From Utricularia gibba (lineage: Eukaryota; Plantae; Magnoliophyta), in assembly GCA_002189035.1 (NCBI GenBank), contig NEEC01000010.1, forward strand, positions 186,001 to 250,000: 64,000 bases of DNA, read 5' to 3'. This document shows positions 23,701-35,402 of this stretch, in pieces; position 1 is the first letter of the stretch; every line of letters begins with the position of its first letter. The translations under genes and the position numbers were made by a program. The notes below the pieces were generated by a model. It was not told where the DNA came from and searched no databases. It was given only the letters and a program-made list of their open reading frames with translations.

Positions 23701-26700
23701 TCATTAGCAAATCTTATCTTTTGATGTTTACTTTGAATTGTGATCAAGTTTACATCATTGATAAAATCCTCTACTTGATCTATGTGTTATAGAAATTATG
23801 ATGAGATCATAATGAGAGATTCTTCAAACATTTATGTTCTAGTTAAAAAACTCCATGGCTAGAGTGTTTGTGAAATGAGGATATCACAAATATGGATAAG
23901 CTAGCACACATTGAGTTCCCTAAATTGTTTAGGCAATGGTTCTCACAATTGACGTAATGAGATTAATAGAATCTATGTGTAGGTGTTGATTAGAGAATTG
24001 ATTCACTGGATGACTCATCTTTAAGATGCTATTATGGGAAGCTAACCAAGTGTCAGTAGCAAGATCTCGAATATGACAGTCGTGCGAGTAAGCTTAGACT
24101 TGAGGTCAACAAAGTTATCTTGATCTTAAGCTCACATTTTCGCTCATTATTAATGGGAGCCTAACCATGGCTTGCCTAGTATGAATGAGAAGGGATGTGA
24201 CTCCTTAAGATTGGAGATAGTTGATTGATCAATAAAAGATTCATCACTCATGTTAGCTATGAGATCTTATCTCAAATAATTGCATCAAAATCTAATAGTA
24301 AGTTCTGGGCCTAGGGTAATGACATTCGAATGCAATTATAAGTTCGATACATTCGAATAAAAACTATAGGTTGAAGATAAGTGTTTGAGTAGGTCATTGA
24401 ATGTTAGTGCTTGAATGAAATTATAAGTTCGATACATCAGAAAGACACACACCCATGTTCTGGTATCGAATGAGATATAAGTATGATGAAAGCTTTTCAT
24501 TGCATGGTGGCTGGTCATGGAAAGACTCAATCAGTTCACCTGATTATTCTTTAATCTTGGGGATCATGATATGTTGCTAGACATCACTCATGATCGATAA
24601 TGATGGATTTTACTAATTAAGAGTTAATTAATAAATTCATTATTACAGCCTTGATTGAAGAAGCCTATAGGGTCATACACAATAGTGGAGTCACTCCTCG
24701 ATATAAAATAGAATGACACAATTACATGAGACGTAATTGGTAAAGTAGATAAATTAAATAGAGAGTTATTTTCATATTAATATTGATTAAACTCAAAATA
24801 AAATATCTTATGTAAATAAGATTTGGAACATAAACATATCTCCACAAGATAAGATCTTTACGAAGATTTGATTTGATATGTTACCAAATATCTATCAAAA
24901 AGATTTAGATCTTTAGATCTCCTTCGCACATCTTCATGCTCTCTGAGATTGATCCACAAGTGGGCGATTTTCTCTACTAGTACCTGAGGAGATTGACCAA
25001 CATTCTACAGCCTTGAGAAGGTTATCGATAGAGTGCTTCACATGTGGATACCATAGAGGCCATCTACTATTGGCAGTTTGTGAACAACGGAGTCCTCTGA
25101 AAGGTATTTTCAGCATCTCTCTATCTGATGTATACCGTATTCCAAGATCAACGTTGGGGGTTTCTCGAAAAATTTTTAAATTTTGCTGCTTTTCTGACAT
25201 GTGACGTTTACAAGAAACCCAACAAAGGAGAGGTGGCAAACTCCGATGTTGCTTCTTTTCACTAAAAGCACTCATGTGACTCTCATTTGACAACACTTTC
25301 CCTTCCTTCCTCAAATATTTTAAGAAAAACACAATGCTCTACTTGTTGCTTAGGAAACAAATCTATTTAGTGAGGCTTACCGACACATGAGGTTCTAAAC
25401 TTTAAATTCTTTGGAGGCTCCATATCTTAAATGGCTCATATTTGTGTTGGATTGATATCTATCCCTCTCTCAATAAACATGAATCTCAAGAACTTCCCAC
25501 ATTTGAAACCAAATGCACACTTAGTAGGGTTCAACTTTACTCAATATTGTTGTAATATCACAAAGCACTCCTTTAGGTTCTTAATGTGGCATTCGTCCTT
25601 CCAGTTCTTCAAAAGCAAGACATCCACATGTACTTCTTAACTGTCCCATTGTCGAAGATTTGATTCATTAAATTTTGCTAGGCAGCTCGTGCATTCTAAA
25701 GTCAAAAGAGGATGACCTAATAGCAATATATCCCATTGTTGGTGATGAAGGAGATTTTGATGTTACTAGCCATGTCGAAGAGGATCTGATGGTAATCTTG
25801 GGAAACATCAATTTAGATCCTTGAAATCAATGGACATTCGTCGTGACCCATTGGCTTTCTTTATGATCACTAGATTTTTCAACTAGTCTCTATAACACAT
25901 AGGCTCTATATAATTCCTTTTCAACAACTTAAGAGTTTCTCCTCTTACTCTTGGCTCTTTTTTGGGTCAAATTTTATCATTCTTTGTTGTGTTCGATTCA
26001 TACCCAAATACATGTTCATCTTGTAGACAACCATACCTCGGTCCACTTTTACGAATTCATCATCAAAACATGCAGAAACCTCCATATTCTGTTAAGGCAT
26101 GTAGTTCAAGTCTCCTTAATAGTTGTATTGAGCTCCATTCTAATCTAAGTAGTTTTTTTGATGTTTTTTTTCTTTTATCTGCACATCTTTGAAGTTAATA
26201 GGGATGAGTGAGCCCTTTTTCATATGTGAGCTGATTTCCTTTCCTACCTCACCTTTGAAGGAGGTCCCAACAATTTCTTTCATCCTTCATGCCTCTATAC
26301 CTTGTGTTTGCCTTTCTTTTTACATGCAAAGTGAAAACATGTTGGGCATTTACCTGATTTCCCCTCATAACTTCAATCATGTAAGGTGTTGGAAAAGTGA
26401 CAACCAAATATAGTTGAGAAATGATATCCATGATAGAATTTAAGGTCATCCTTCCAAAAAATGCTTCATAGGTTAATTGTAGAATGTCTTTGACAATCAA
26501 AGCCACCATGCATCTTTTCACATAGCAATAAAGGATTATGGTACCAACATGATTTTTAATGTTTTTAGGATTGTCTTTTGGTTTTCAAGACATCAATAGA
26601 TGTCTCAGCTTAATGATGATAGCACTAGTAAGCAAAAGATTCAAAATCACAAGCTTCTCTTGAATACTTATTTACTTTAATCTCTACAACTTCTTAATAA

Positions 26701-26750
26701 AATCTCACCATGGTACCCAAGGATTAAAGATCAAATAGTACAACAAAGGA
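20800..26750 (-). mobile_element. Degenerate Ty3/gypsy Tat-lineage element (gag, RT, RNase H, additional RNase H, integrase start, accessory ORF), interrupted by other repeats
   Basis: RT VKLNPTKCAFGFKCGKFL...ERGIDINP...MEPPKN (~25250-25650). Additional RNase H WEIYVD...KLKFKTINS...IIVYSNSMLII (~22550-22980). RH-integrase junction YLKCLVLEDVAAILKEIHGG (22360-22450). Accessory-ORF traces near 21000-22150. Boundaries approximate. Confidence 0.75.
23672..25199 (+). mobile_element. LTR-like family C, uninterrupted copy
   Basis: Serves as the empty-site reference for the interrupted copies at 3671-12289 and 35403-38166. Ends ...gctgcttttctgaca. The 5' TG is not preserved and no TSD was found. Confidence 0.78.
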
Positions 26751-26799
26751 ATAGATTTCACTTACATATTTTGAGTTGAATTTGACTGTAGAATAAATC

Positions 26800-29700
26800 A
26801 ATGAAGATACGATAACTATTGGCAGTACATCATTTTGGTGCTCTAGGAAAAGCAGAGATCAATGACTTCTACCGAACACCGAGGAGGTGATATGACTAGT
26901 GTGGAGGCTTCTATTACTGAACAACCTCCTAGATCATTGCGAAGGGAGCAATTTAACACTCCACCTCGATCAAGGGATTCAGATGAAAGATTGGGGTGCA
27001 ATATGTAGAACCGGTGGGATCAATTATGCTTGACCTGTAATTGGATGGACAAAGCGAAGATTCTCACTTGGAGCAAGATGAGAAACTACCTGCATGCAAC
27101 CTTCTTGCCTCACAACTATCAGTAATTGTTATTCCAACGACAGTTGGGGATTAAATAGGGAGCTAAGCCCATAGAGAAATACACTATGCAATTCCTCCAT
27201 TTGATTGCTTGAGTTGAACTATAGGAGCTAAGCCGAATTTGCAGAATGAACTAAACTTATTTGACCTCTTGAATGTAGATCAAACTTATCAGTGGGCCTT
27301 GATTCTAGAAAAAGCAGTCATTGCTAGCGATCCCTACCAATGGGACAGTTAGGTCTTGATTTGGCATGGATGGAGCAGAGTTTAGTTAGGTCAAGTGGGT
27401 AGTTGAGCTTGCCTGTTGAATAGAGTTTCAAAAGATCTAGAGCTGGGTTTCAATATTATGCTTGCGGGGAGTTTGGACATAAGAACACTGAGTGTAAGAA
27501 GATTGAGAAAAGTGTCATGTTATTGGAGTAGGAACCATTCACCGAGCATGTGGATGTTGAGTTCTAAGATGAAGAATTTGTAGAGGGGGACATTGGAACT
27601 ACTTAGCCGACACATAAGATTTGCCTCGCCCCAAAGACTATGGATAATAAGAGATAGCTTTAGAACAATATTTTCTTATCTACTTTAACTATTGGGAACC
27701 ACATCTGTAAGTTTCTCATTGAAAATGGTAGTATAGATAACTTTGTATTTGAAAAAGTGGTTACAATGCTGAATATTTTCACAAAACCACTTACAAAGAA
27801 GTATCAGCTTTCTTTTTTTTGAAAAAAAGGAGTCTGTTAGTGTAGAAAAGAGAGCTTTTATTCATTTTTTAGTTAGAAAAAATTATTAGAATGCTATCTG
27901 GTGAGATGTTATCCAAATGGATGTAGGACACTTAATTCTGGAAAGAGCGTGGGAGTTTGATCATAATGTATTTCACTCTAGCCATGATAGCACCCACACT
28001 TTTTAGTTTAATAAGGTGAAAATTGTGTTGTTACTATTGAAACCACCTTCAAAGATGGCCTTAACAGCTAGTATAAATTTATTGCCTGAACATCAATTGG
28101 AAGAAGAGTTTCAATTAGGAAATACATTATTGCTGTTTTGACAATTATCAACAATAAAGGAATGAAATGACAAGAAGACCTTGGAATTCTTGGAAGCATA
28201 CAAGTCTGTATATTTAGATAAGTTATTGAATGGGCACCTCCCTTGTCGGAAATCCAACATCACATCGATTTTATCTCAAGGGCTGCATTGCCCAACAAAC
28301 CACACTATCACGTGATTGCAACTGAACATGTGGAGATCCATAGACAAGTTGAAGATAAAAGGTGGACATATTCAGGAAAGACTCAGCCCGTGTAGTGCCC
28401 GCGATTTTGATACCAAAAAAGGATGGATCTTGGAAAATGTGTATGGATAGTTATGCTATAAATCAAATTACTATGAAACGTTGATTTCCTATTCCTCGAT
28501 TGGATGACGTACAATATTAGATACATGGGTCCACCATCTTCTCGAAAGTGGATCTCAAGAGTGGATACAATCAAATCAAAATTTGTCCAAGCGACCATGA
28601 ACCACCTTCTACGATCGTTTATTGGTAAATTCTTGGTTATATATTTTGATGTATTTTTATTTTCAGCTATGATTGTCCTACTCATAGGCAGCACCTCCTG
28701 CTCGTTTTGGGAGTTTTCCACGATCACTTCTTTGCAACTAGAGAAAAATGTTTTTTTTTTCATGATTGGGTGTTATTTCTGGGTTCTATATCTCTAGAGC
28801 AGGTATTGAATTTGACCAATCCAAGGTTGACACATTAAGTCATAGTGGATACCTACTAGTTTGATGGAGGTGAGGAGCTTTAAAGGTCTCACCTCATTTC
28901 ACCATTGATTTATCCCTAGTTTCAATCAAGCAATGGTGCCGATAATTGACTATATGCGACAATGAGTTTTCATATGGATGCATGAGGTTGAGGAGGCATT
29001 TCAATTATTCAAGTACAAGCTAATGGCTATCCCAATATTAGCCTTTCCAGACTTCCAGTAGACCTTCGAATTACCATCGGCATTAGGGTAGTACTAAGTC
29101 AAAATGACAGGCCCATGGTGTATTTTAGTTAGAAAATAATAGGTAAAAAGCTTAATTACAATGCATATGAGTCTAAATTATATGCTCTCATTTCGTTCCA
29201 TTAGTTATTGGAAAGATTATTTGTTACATCAAGATTTCATCTTGTAGACCAATCATGATTCCTTGAAACATCTTTATAGTCAAGAAAAAATATCAAGATT
29301 ATTTTGACAATTTTCTTTTGTCAAAAAGGATAAGAGTAGCATTCACAACAGAGTTGCTAATGCACTGAGTCGATGCCAAACTTGCTTGAGTATTCTTTAG
29401 GTGCAGGTCACTAATTTTGAGATGATACCTTCATAGTATTCTTCTGATTCCTATTTTAGCCCCATATGGGTTAGTGAAAAGAGGAGATTATGTATTATAG
29501 GAGGGCTTTATTCAAAGGCTATCGACTTTGTATTTCACATTCTTGTTTGAGGTTGCAGTTGATTTCAAAGCTACATAATGAAGGTTATGTTGGGGGTGAT
29601 TGCACTTTGTTTTTGGTGCAAAGTTTGTATTTTTGACTAGGCCAGCAAATACATGTTACTCGTTTTGTTCACGGTTGTTAGGTTTGTCAGCGAAGCAATG

Positions 29701-30610
29701 GCATAGTGTCGAATGCAGGACTCTACCAACCGCTTTCAGTTCCAAGTCATCGTGGCTTGATCTTATTATGGACTTTGTCTTAGCTTCCTAAGATACAAAG
29801 AGGATCGGACTTCATTTTTATGGTTTTGGACCAATTCTCAAAGATGGTGCATTTAATTCCATGTAAGCACACGACTGATGCAAGTAAAGAAGTTAATTCC
29901 AACTGTGTGAGCTTCCTACATCTATTGTGTCAGATTAGGATGCACGTTTTGTGGGTCACTTTTGGCGAAGTTTGTGGAAGCTAATTGGCACCCAGCTACA
30001 ATTTAGCTCTATCTACCATCCCAAAACAGATGGCCAAACTAAAGTGGTCAATCGTTCCATAGGTAACCTCCTCAAATGTTCGGTTAATGTCGAATAGAAA
30101 TCATGGGATTTGATCCTCGACGGGGCAGAATTTGCTCATACCTACGCTAGCAATTAGAGCACTAGCTTTAGCCCATTTCAAGTGGTATATTCAATTGTTC
30201 CTTGTGGACCAACAGAATTGGCATATCTTTTGACACCTCTCGTTTTCATGGTAAGGTAGTAGGCTTTGTACAAGCCCTCCAAAGGACCCACCAGCTAGTT
30301 CATGATCATATAACTGTCACGAATGCGAGGTATAAGGCACATGTTGATCAGTTCCTATGCCATGTATAATTCAAGGTGGGTGATATTGACTAGAGCTCGA
30401 GACCCAGTGCATGAGTATCACAAGCTTGCAAACAAAAAAAAAAAAAAATTGGTCTTGTTGAAATCATTGAGAAAATAAGGGTTTAGGCATATCATGTTCA
30501 TCTACCTCCACACCTAAACACCTCTGATGTATTTAATGTCAGGCATATTGTTCCCTTTTATCCTCCTATGAACTTTGAGGCAAGTTCTTCCTCACCTAGA
30601 GGGGATGATG
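26800..30610 (+). mobile_element. Degenerate Ty3/gypsy element, CRM-like gag-pol
   Basis: gag ILTWSKMRNYLHATFLPHNYQ...GAKPIEKYTMQF; protease ICKFLIENGSIDNFV...CDVIQMDVGHLILGRAW-like; [22 protein letters not shown]...FPIPRLDD; RNase H; integrase WLDLIMDFVL, YHPKTDGQTKVVNRSIGNLL; PPT-like GAGGGGATGATG near 30599-30610. Many stops. LTRs not recognised. Confidence 0.8.
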
Positions 30611-31318
30611 TACGTGGCGGCTGGCCCAAGCTGATCTGAAAAATTATGAGGGCTAGGATAGTAGTGATATTAACTGCACACCCTTGTCGGATTCAGTGGC
30701 ATTGAACTCTTGAGGTCTATCTAACCATATACTCCATTGCTGTGTGCTTGGGTTATGGTTGATGTTCCACCTGTTTCATTGAGTGTTGTAGGTTCGAAAA
30801 TGCTATTGGTTTGAGGGACTCGGAATCATCACAAGGAACCTATTCCTAATGAATCCTTTCTTCTCGTTGACCCTTTGATGGGAATGTTTTGATCATTACC
30901 TTCTTACTTTAAATGTTATTTAGTTTAAGGAAAGTATGTTTGTTATGTTTGCTAACTGATGGCCTTTTTGCTTACATTTGTGTTACATACTATTGACTTT
31001 GAGCTGGCTACTCAATTTCATATGAACTGAACTTAGGCCTGTGACCCATTTGCAGAATCAATATTAAGGCTGTGGTTTTTCATCAGCATCTCAAGAAGCT
31101 AAATTAGTTACTCAATTTGCTATCATTTGTGTGTGTTGCTATTTCCCCTATTGGCAGTATATCACTTTGATTGTTGGTGAGTATGGCCTTGTTGCTGCAA
31201 TGAGATCTTTCATCAATAAAATATGGAGAGAATTGATTTGCTCCACCCTTGTTAAGATCTTAATCGAACACATTCTCAAATTCATGGTTTTCCTCATTCA
31301 CATCATTGCAACTTCTGA

Positions 31319-31959
31319 AAACCGGTTTCCCCATCCGTGAAAGCTAGTCTTCAGTTTCCAATGGGATAGATAGGCCGGAATCCGAAGAACGGCAGTTGCT
31401 CTCAGTGAGTTGGTACCCGAGCGCCGGTGTAACTGGCCGTTGTTCTGGAGTACCTGGCCGCTGAGGTACTTTCGTTATCAGAAGTTTGCTTTCCTTCCCA
31501 ACGTGCCATGCCATTCACCTGATTGATGATGCTTGACCCCATGCCCCTCCTTGATTTAATGACCGCAGTCAATCCTTGAGCACGCATGGATGTTGGAGGT
31601 TTAGGGTTCCAGGAAAACTGTCAACTGGTATTGTTGCTAGAAGTCAGAGGCAGTTCGTTGATCTAAAACTCCAGTCAACTAAAATTGCTCCATGTCTGTC
31701 GCAGTATCACAAGCTTTTGGAATTGGCTGGGAATGCTGCAAGGGACAAAAAGAACATAATTATCCCTAGGCACATTTTACTCGCCGGGGGAAACGACGAG
31801 GATCTCTGAAAACTCATAGCGGGAGCCACAATTGCACATGGAGGAGTTTTTCCCAATATCAACCCAGTTCTTCTACCGAAAACGCTGGACAAGGTGGCGC
31901 AAATGGCACCCACAAAACCCCCACCCAAGACCACCAAGTCTCCTAATAAAGATGCTTGA
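31319..31959 (+). pseudogene. H2A.W: Histone H2A.W pseudogene (5'-truncated, intron retained)
   Basis: Exon 31319-31465: [46 protein letters not shown]. Intron 31466-31713 (GT...AG) at the usual plant H2A position. Exon 31714-31959: [55 protein letters not shown]...[19 protein letters not shown] and the KSPKK-like tail mark the W variant. Four premature stops and no N-terminal tail or ATG. Confidence 0.92.
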
Positions 31960-32954
31960 CCATCAAACAGGCCCAAGAGGCGGAAGATTCCCATTAACTT
32001 GTTGATGCACTGTTATTTCATCCGTCAGTTTCATGGTTGCTTTCTTTGTTGATCTATGTGATTTGAATTGGAAGCAAACTTTGCCTAATTGTTTACCTTG
32101 CAGCAACATTGGGTTTCACATGCATTGCATCAAAAGCTATAACAGGGTCACTTCACGAGTTACTGCTGCGTGAACAAGATCTTCACGGAAATAAGTGAAG
32201 ATTTCGAGTATAATACCACAGGCAAGCAAGTGGGAAACCTGTAGGCGATCCCATCATCATCTCATAAAAGAGTCCTTATTCGGAGTCCAGCCAATTGCTT
32301 CAACAGAAACCTGCTTTACGAAACCAAAAAAGGTCACTAACATGTGATGATGGTTCTCCATAACAATATAACATCTAACTCCTAACAGAACAACATAAGA
32401 GCTTGGAGATGGGAAATTTTGTTGTACAGTAAAATAACATCTAGTTCCTAACGAAGCTAACACATATACCTAAGGAGCATTTCTCCACCCACCCCAAAAT
32501 GTAGTTCTAATGAGGAACGCCAGGCTGGCCAGGCTAGTGAGAGTACAAAGGTAGTTTTATCACGGGACTTCCCCTATGGTTCATTTCAAGGAAGATCCAG
32601 AGGCTTTCTTGAATCTAACCCCAACTAAAAAACGCTAATAGCATCGGTTTCAAGAGAAAATAAAAAACAACAGTCTTCGGTCATCCATGGACATGATTTT
32701 CAAGAAATTCCATGGAACATTATGAGACGCTTTTAACAGAGTCCCGGAGTTTTAGTACCAAGAAAAAAAAACAATACCAATAGTTTCATACCCTAAAGAA
32801 TCTGAATGCGCCTATCTAAACCGGGGGGAAAAGATGCTACGTTGCACCTTAACCGAAAATAAAAACACAACCAGCGCTAAAAAGATAGCTCTACTTTACA
32901 CAAGAGCAAGATCATACCGCATCAACAAAAAAAGGAGAAGGAACTGATCACAAA

Positions 32955-33608
32955 TCAATTAAAACTCGTTGAACCAGGTTTGGCAGCCAAATTACGGTGA
33001 ACGATCCTTTCACTGCTCAAATCTTTACCACCAATCAGCTCCTTCAATCCCATATTCGCGGAGTTGTCCCCATTACACACCTCTTCAACACCTTCACCTC
33101 CGCTCACATCCCTTGTGGTCCTTTTATCCATTTTCATGTTGATTGGATCCACCCTCTCAAAGTAATTCCCATAAGTATATTCAGGCGTAAACCCATCTTC
33201 TTCATCAAAGAGCATTATATGCCCGTGCCATTCCCAGACACGGAAACCAGACTTTACATCCTCTTGGAAACCCACACAAATATGATGCTCTCCAAAGGAA
33301 ACAGCATTACCAGAGTTAGGTTTAAGCTTCTCCATGTTCCCACTGAGTATGTTGCCAATTATTTCCCTTTCGAGCTTAGACTCTTCCTTAGCTAGTTGAG
33401 TCTTGGAAGAGACTGGATTTTCGTCTTCCGAATCTGATCCGGATTCAGGGAGATTGAGGAGCAGGTTGGAGATTAGCATGTCTTCCAGAGACTTGCCAGC
33501 GGAGGAGGGCGGCTGGTGCTGACTGACGCGGAGTCGCGATAAAAGCGATTCGATGAAGAGACTGTCGAATTTCGGGGTGGAGTTGGGGCTGAGGGATGAA
33601 GCGTCCAT
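32955..33608 (-). CDS. Intact 217-aa protein of unknown function, single coding exon
   Basis: Uninterrupted ATG-to-stop ORF in a higher-GC island. Contains KEESKLEREII...LKPNSG...HHICVGF...RVWEWHGHIMLFDEEDGFTPEYTYGNYFER, which I recall as a conserved land-plant motif (not verified by search). Confidence 0.85.
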   Translation of the reverse strand: MDASSLSPNSTPKFDSLFIESLLSRLRVSQHQPPSSAGKSLEDMLISNLLLNLPESGSDSEDENPVSSKTQLAKEESKLEREIIGNILSGNMEKLKPNSGNAVSFGEHHICVGFQEDVKSGFRVWEWHGHIMLFDEEDGFTPEYTYGNYFERVDPINMKMDKRTTRDVSGGEGVEEVCNGDNSANMGLKELIGGKDLSSERIVHRNLAAKPGSTSFN

Positions 33609-34229
33609 GGTTGATACCCGAGGGCAAGATTCAAAGAAACCAGAAGAAGAGAAGAAGCAGGGAAGATGAGGAGGTTACGGAGTAGGGGTTTTGCGAAGGC
33701 GAATCGAGATTTTTGTTTCAATACTACACATAGTGAATAATTGGGCCTGGCCCAACTACGCAGTCTTGTCCCAACCCATTTGGCAGTAGCGCCTTGCTTC
33801 CTCTCCGCCGCCAATAGTAGAAGGGAAAACAATGATAATATTCTATTACAATAAAAAAAGAAAAGAAAAAATAGGTGCCACCCTCAACGACATCGTTGAT
33901 CAAAACCAATAAATTTATCTAGTGTTTGTTATGAACACATTTTGATTTTCATTCTCTACAAGTAATTTTGGCGTTTAACTAAAAATGAGAATGAAAGGCC
34001 CCACAATTTATTTTCCGTTCAACTAGCCCAGATTCAAGCTGCTAAATGACTTTCATCTTCTTCCTTCATTGTGTTGTTCACCAGGTTATCATCTTGCTAA
34101 ATTTCACTTTCAACTTCTTCTTTATGTTCTTGTGTTTTTTTTTTTTTTACATATTTATTTTTCAAAAAATCATTTTTTTAGGTAGGATTCATATTTTTGT
34201 TTGTATATGATGGCCAAATTAAAACAACA

Positions 34230-34850
34230 ATCCAATATCAAAGGCAGATGGTAAGATGTAAGAGAAATGATTTGGGAGGATTTCATTAAATTGTGTGTGA
34301 AAGAATTTCAAGGTAAGAATAGGTCAGGTAGCTCCAACAACAAAATTGGATGGTTGAATATTTTTGAAAAGTTTAACAAACAAATTGTATTTAATCTAGA
34401 GATGCTCCAAATTAAGAACATATTGCGCTCATTGAAGATATAATGAAATTTGTGAAGAACTTTTGAGAGATAATAGTGGAATCGAATGGTGTGGAGTCAA
34501 ACACATTACATAAAATTGCTTGCAGTATTTTTTAAACTCATTCTTACTTTCTGATTGACTTGAATGTTTTTTTTATCAATTTTTTATAATTTGTGGATTC
34601 AGCTTGAAGCCACAAAATTAAGAAAATAAGCTCCATTGATGTTGGAAAAGCAGGCATAATTGTTTGATGATATTACTTGGTGTGAAAAAGGCATGTGGAC
34701 ATCACATTCACTTGTGATTATTGATTGTATAGAACCTATGAGGTTGGATAGAGAGAAAGAACATGACAATACTATCATAGAGGAATGACAAGATATACGG
34801 AGGATGCCGTACGAGGACAAGTGTTGAGTCTGTTAAGAAGATCACAAGGA
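34230..34850 (+). mobile_element. Myb/SANT-like ORF remnant of the PIF/Harbinger ORF1 type
   Basis: EDFIKLCVKEFQGKNRSGSSNNKIGWLNIFEKFNKQIVFNLEMLQIKN, followed by stops and a SGIEW-like segment, matches the Myb_DNA-bind_3 pattern by recall. Confidence 0.6.
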
Positions 34851-35402
34851 TAGCTACAAGGAGCACGGGACGATGAGGGCCTGTTGTAAGCCGATAAGCC
34901 GCTCAAGTTGCTTGTAGGGGACGGACCTTGCTATTGTGGCATAGAAGAAGCTGATAAGCACCCCCAAACTTAGTCTGAGCTTTGATTATTGAGGAGAAGA
35001 GAGGGTTGTCATCCAATTGAATCTTTTGATGGGACGATATCTAAGTCCTCAAGGAAAGTCAATGCAGAAGAATCAGGTTAAACAAGAAATTCTCACTAAC
35101 TTTTAGATCTATGGGTAGGTATACAAAAAGATGGGAAAAAAAGAGAGTAAAGGATTTCTAGTCATTTTTTTTAAAAGCAATGAGCAAGGCGAACAAACGT
35201 AGGAGAGTCTATTTACCAATTAATTTTTTGGAAGGCTACACAATACTTTTGTTCACGAATGCGAATGCGGTAGAAGCCTTTCGGTCACCGACAACCCCAC
35301 CATTGGAGCCAAGACTATTGTTTTCTACTTGGGGCTAGGCATTAACCAATTGGGATTGCAAAAATTCTATAAGTTCTTGTTAGGTTTCTCAAGGACATTA
35401 CA

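Noticed and set aside
24934-25332. 132-aa ORF
   Set aside because: Spans the LTR-C 3' end and adjacent Tat sequence. No domain recognised, and not open in other copies.
30610-31318. Possible 3' LTR of the CRM-like element, or captured gene fragments with splice-like signals
   Set aside because: No matching 5' LTR in the window and no recognisable peptide, so it cannot be assigned.
31707-31994. 95-aa minus-strand ORF
   Set aside because: Antisense shadow of H2A.W exon 2. The intron I considered linking it upstream (32010-32096) is A-rich on the - strand and unconvincing.
32997-33395. 132-aa plus-strand ORF
   Set aside because: Antisense to the real 217-aa CDS, with no recognisable motif.
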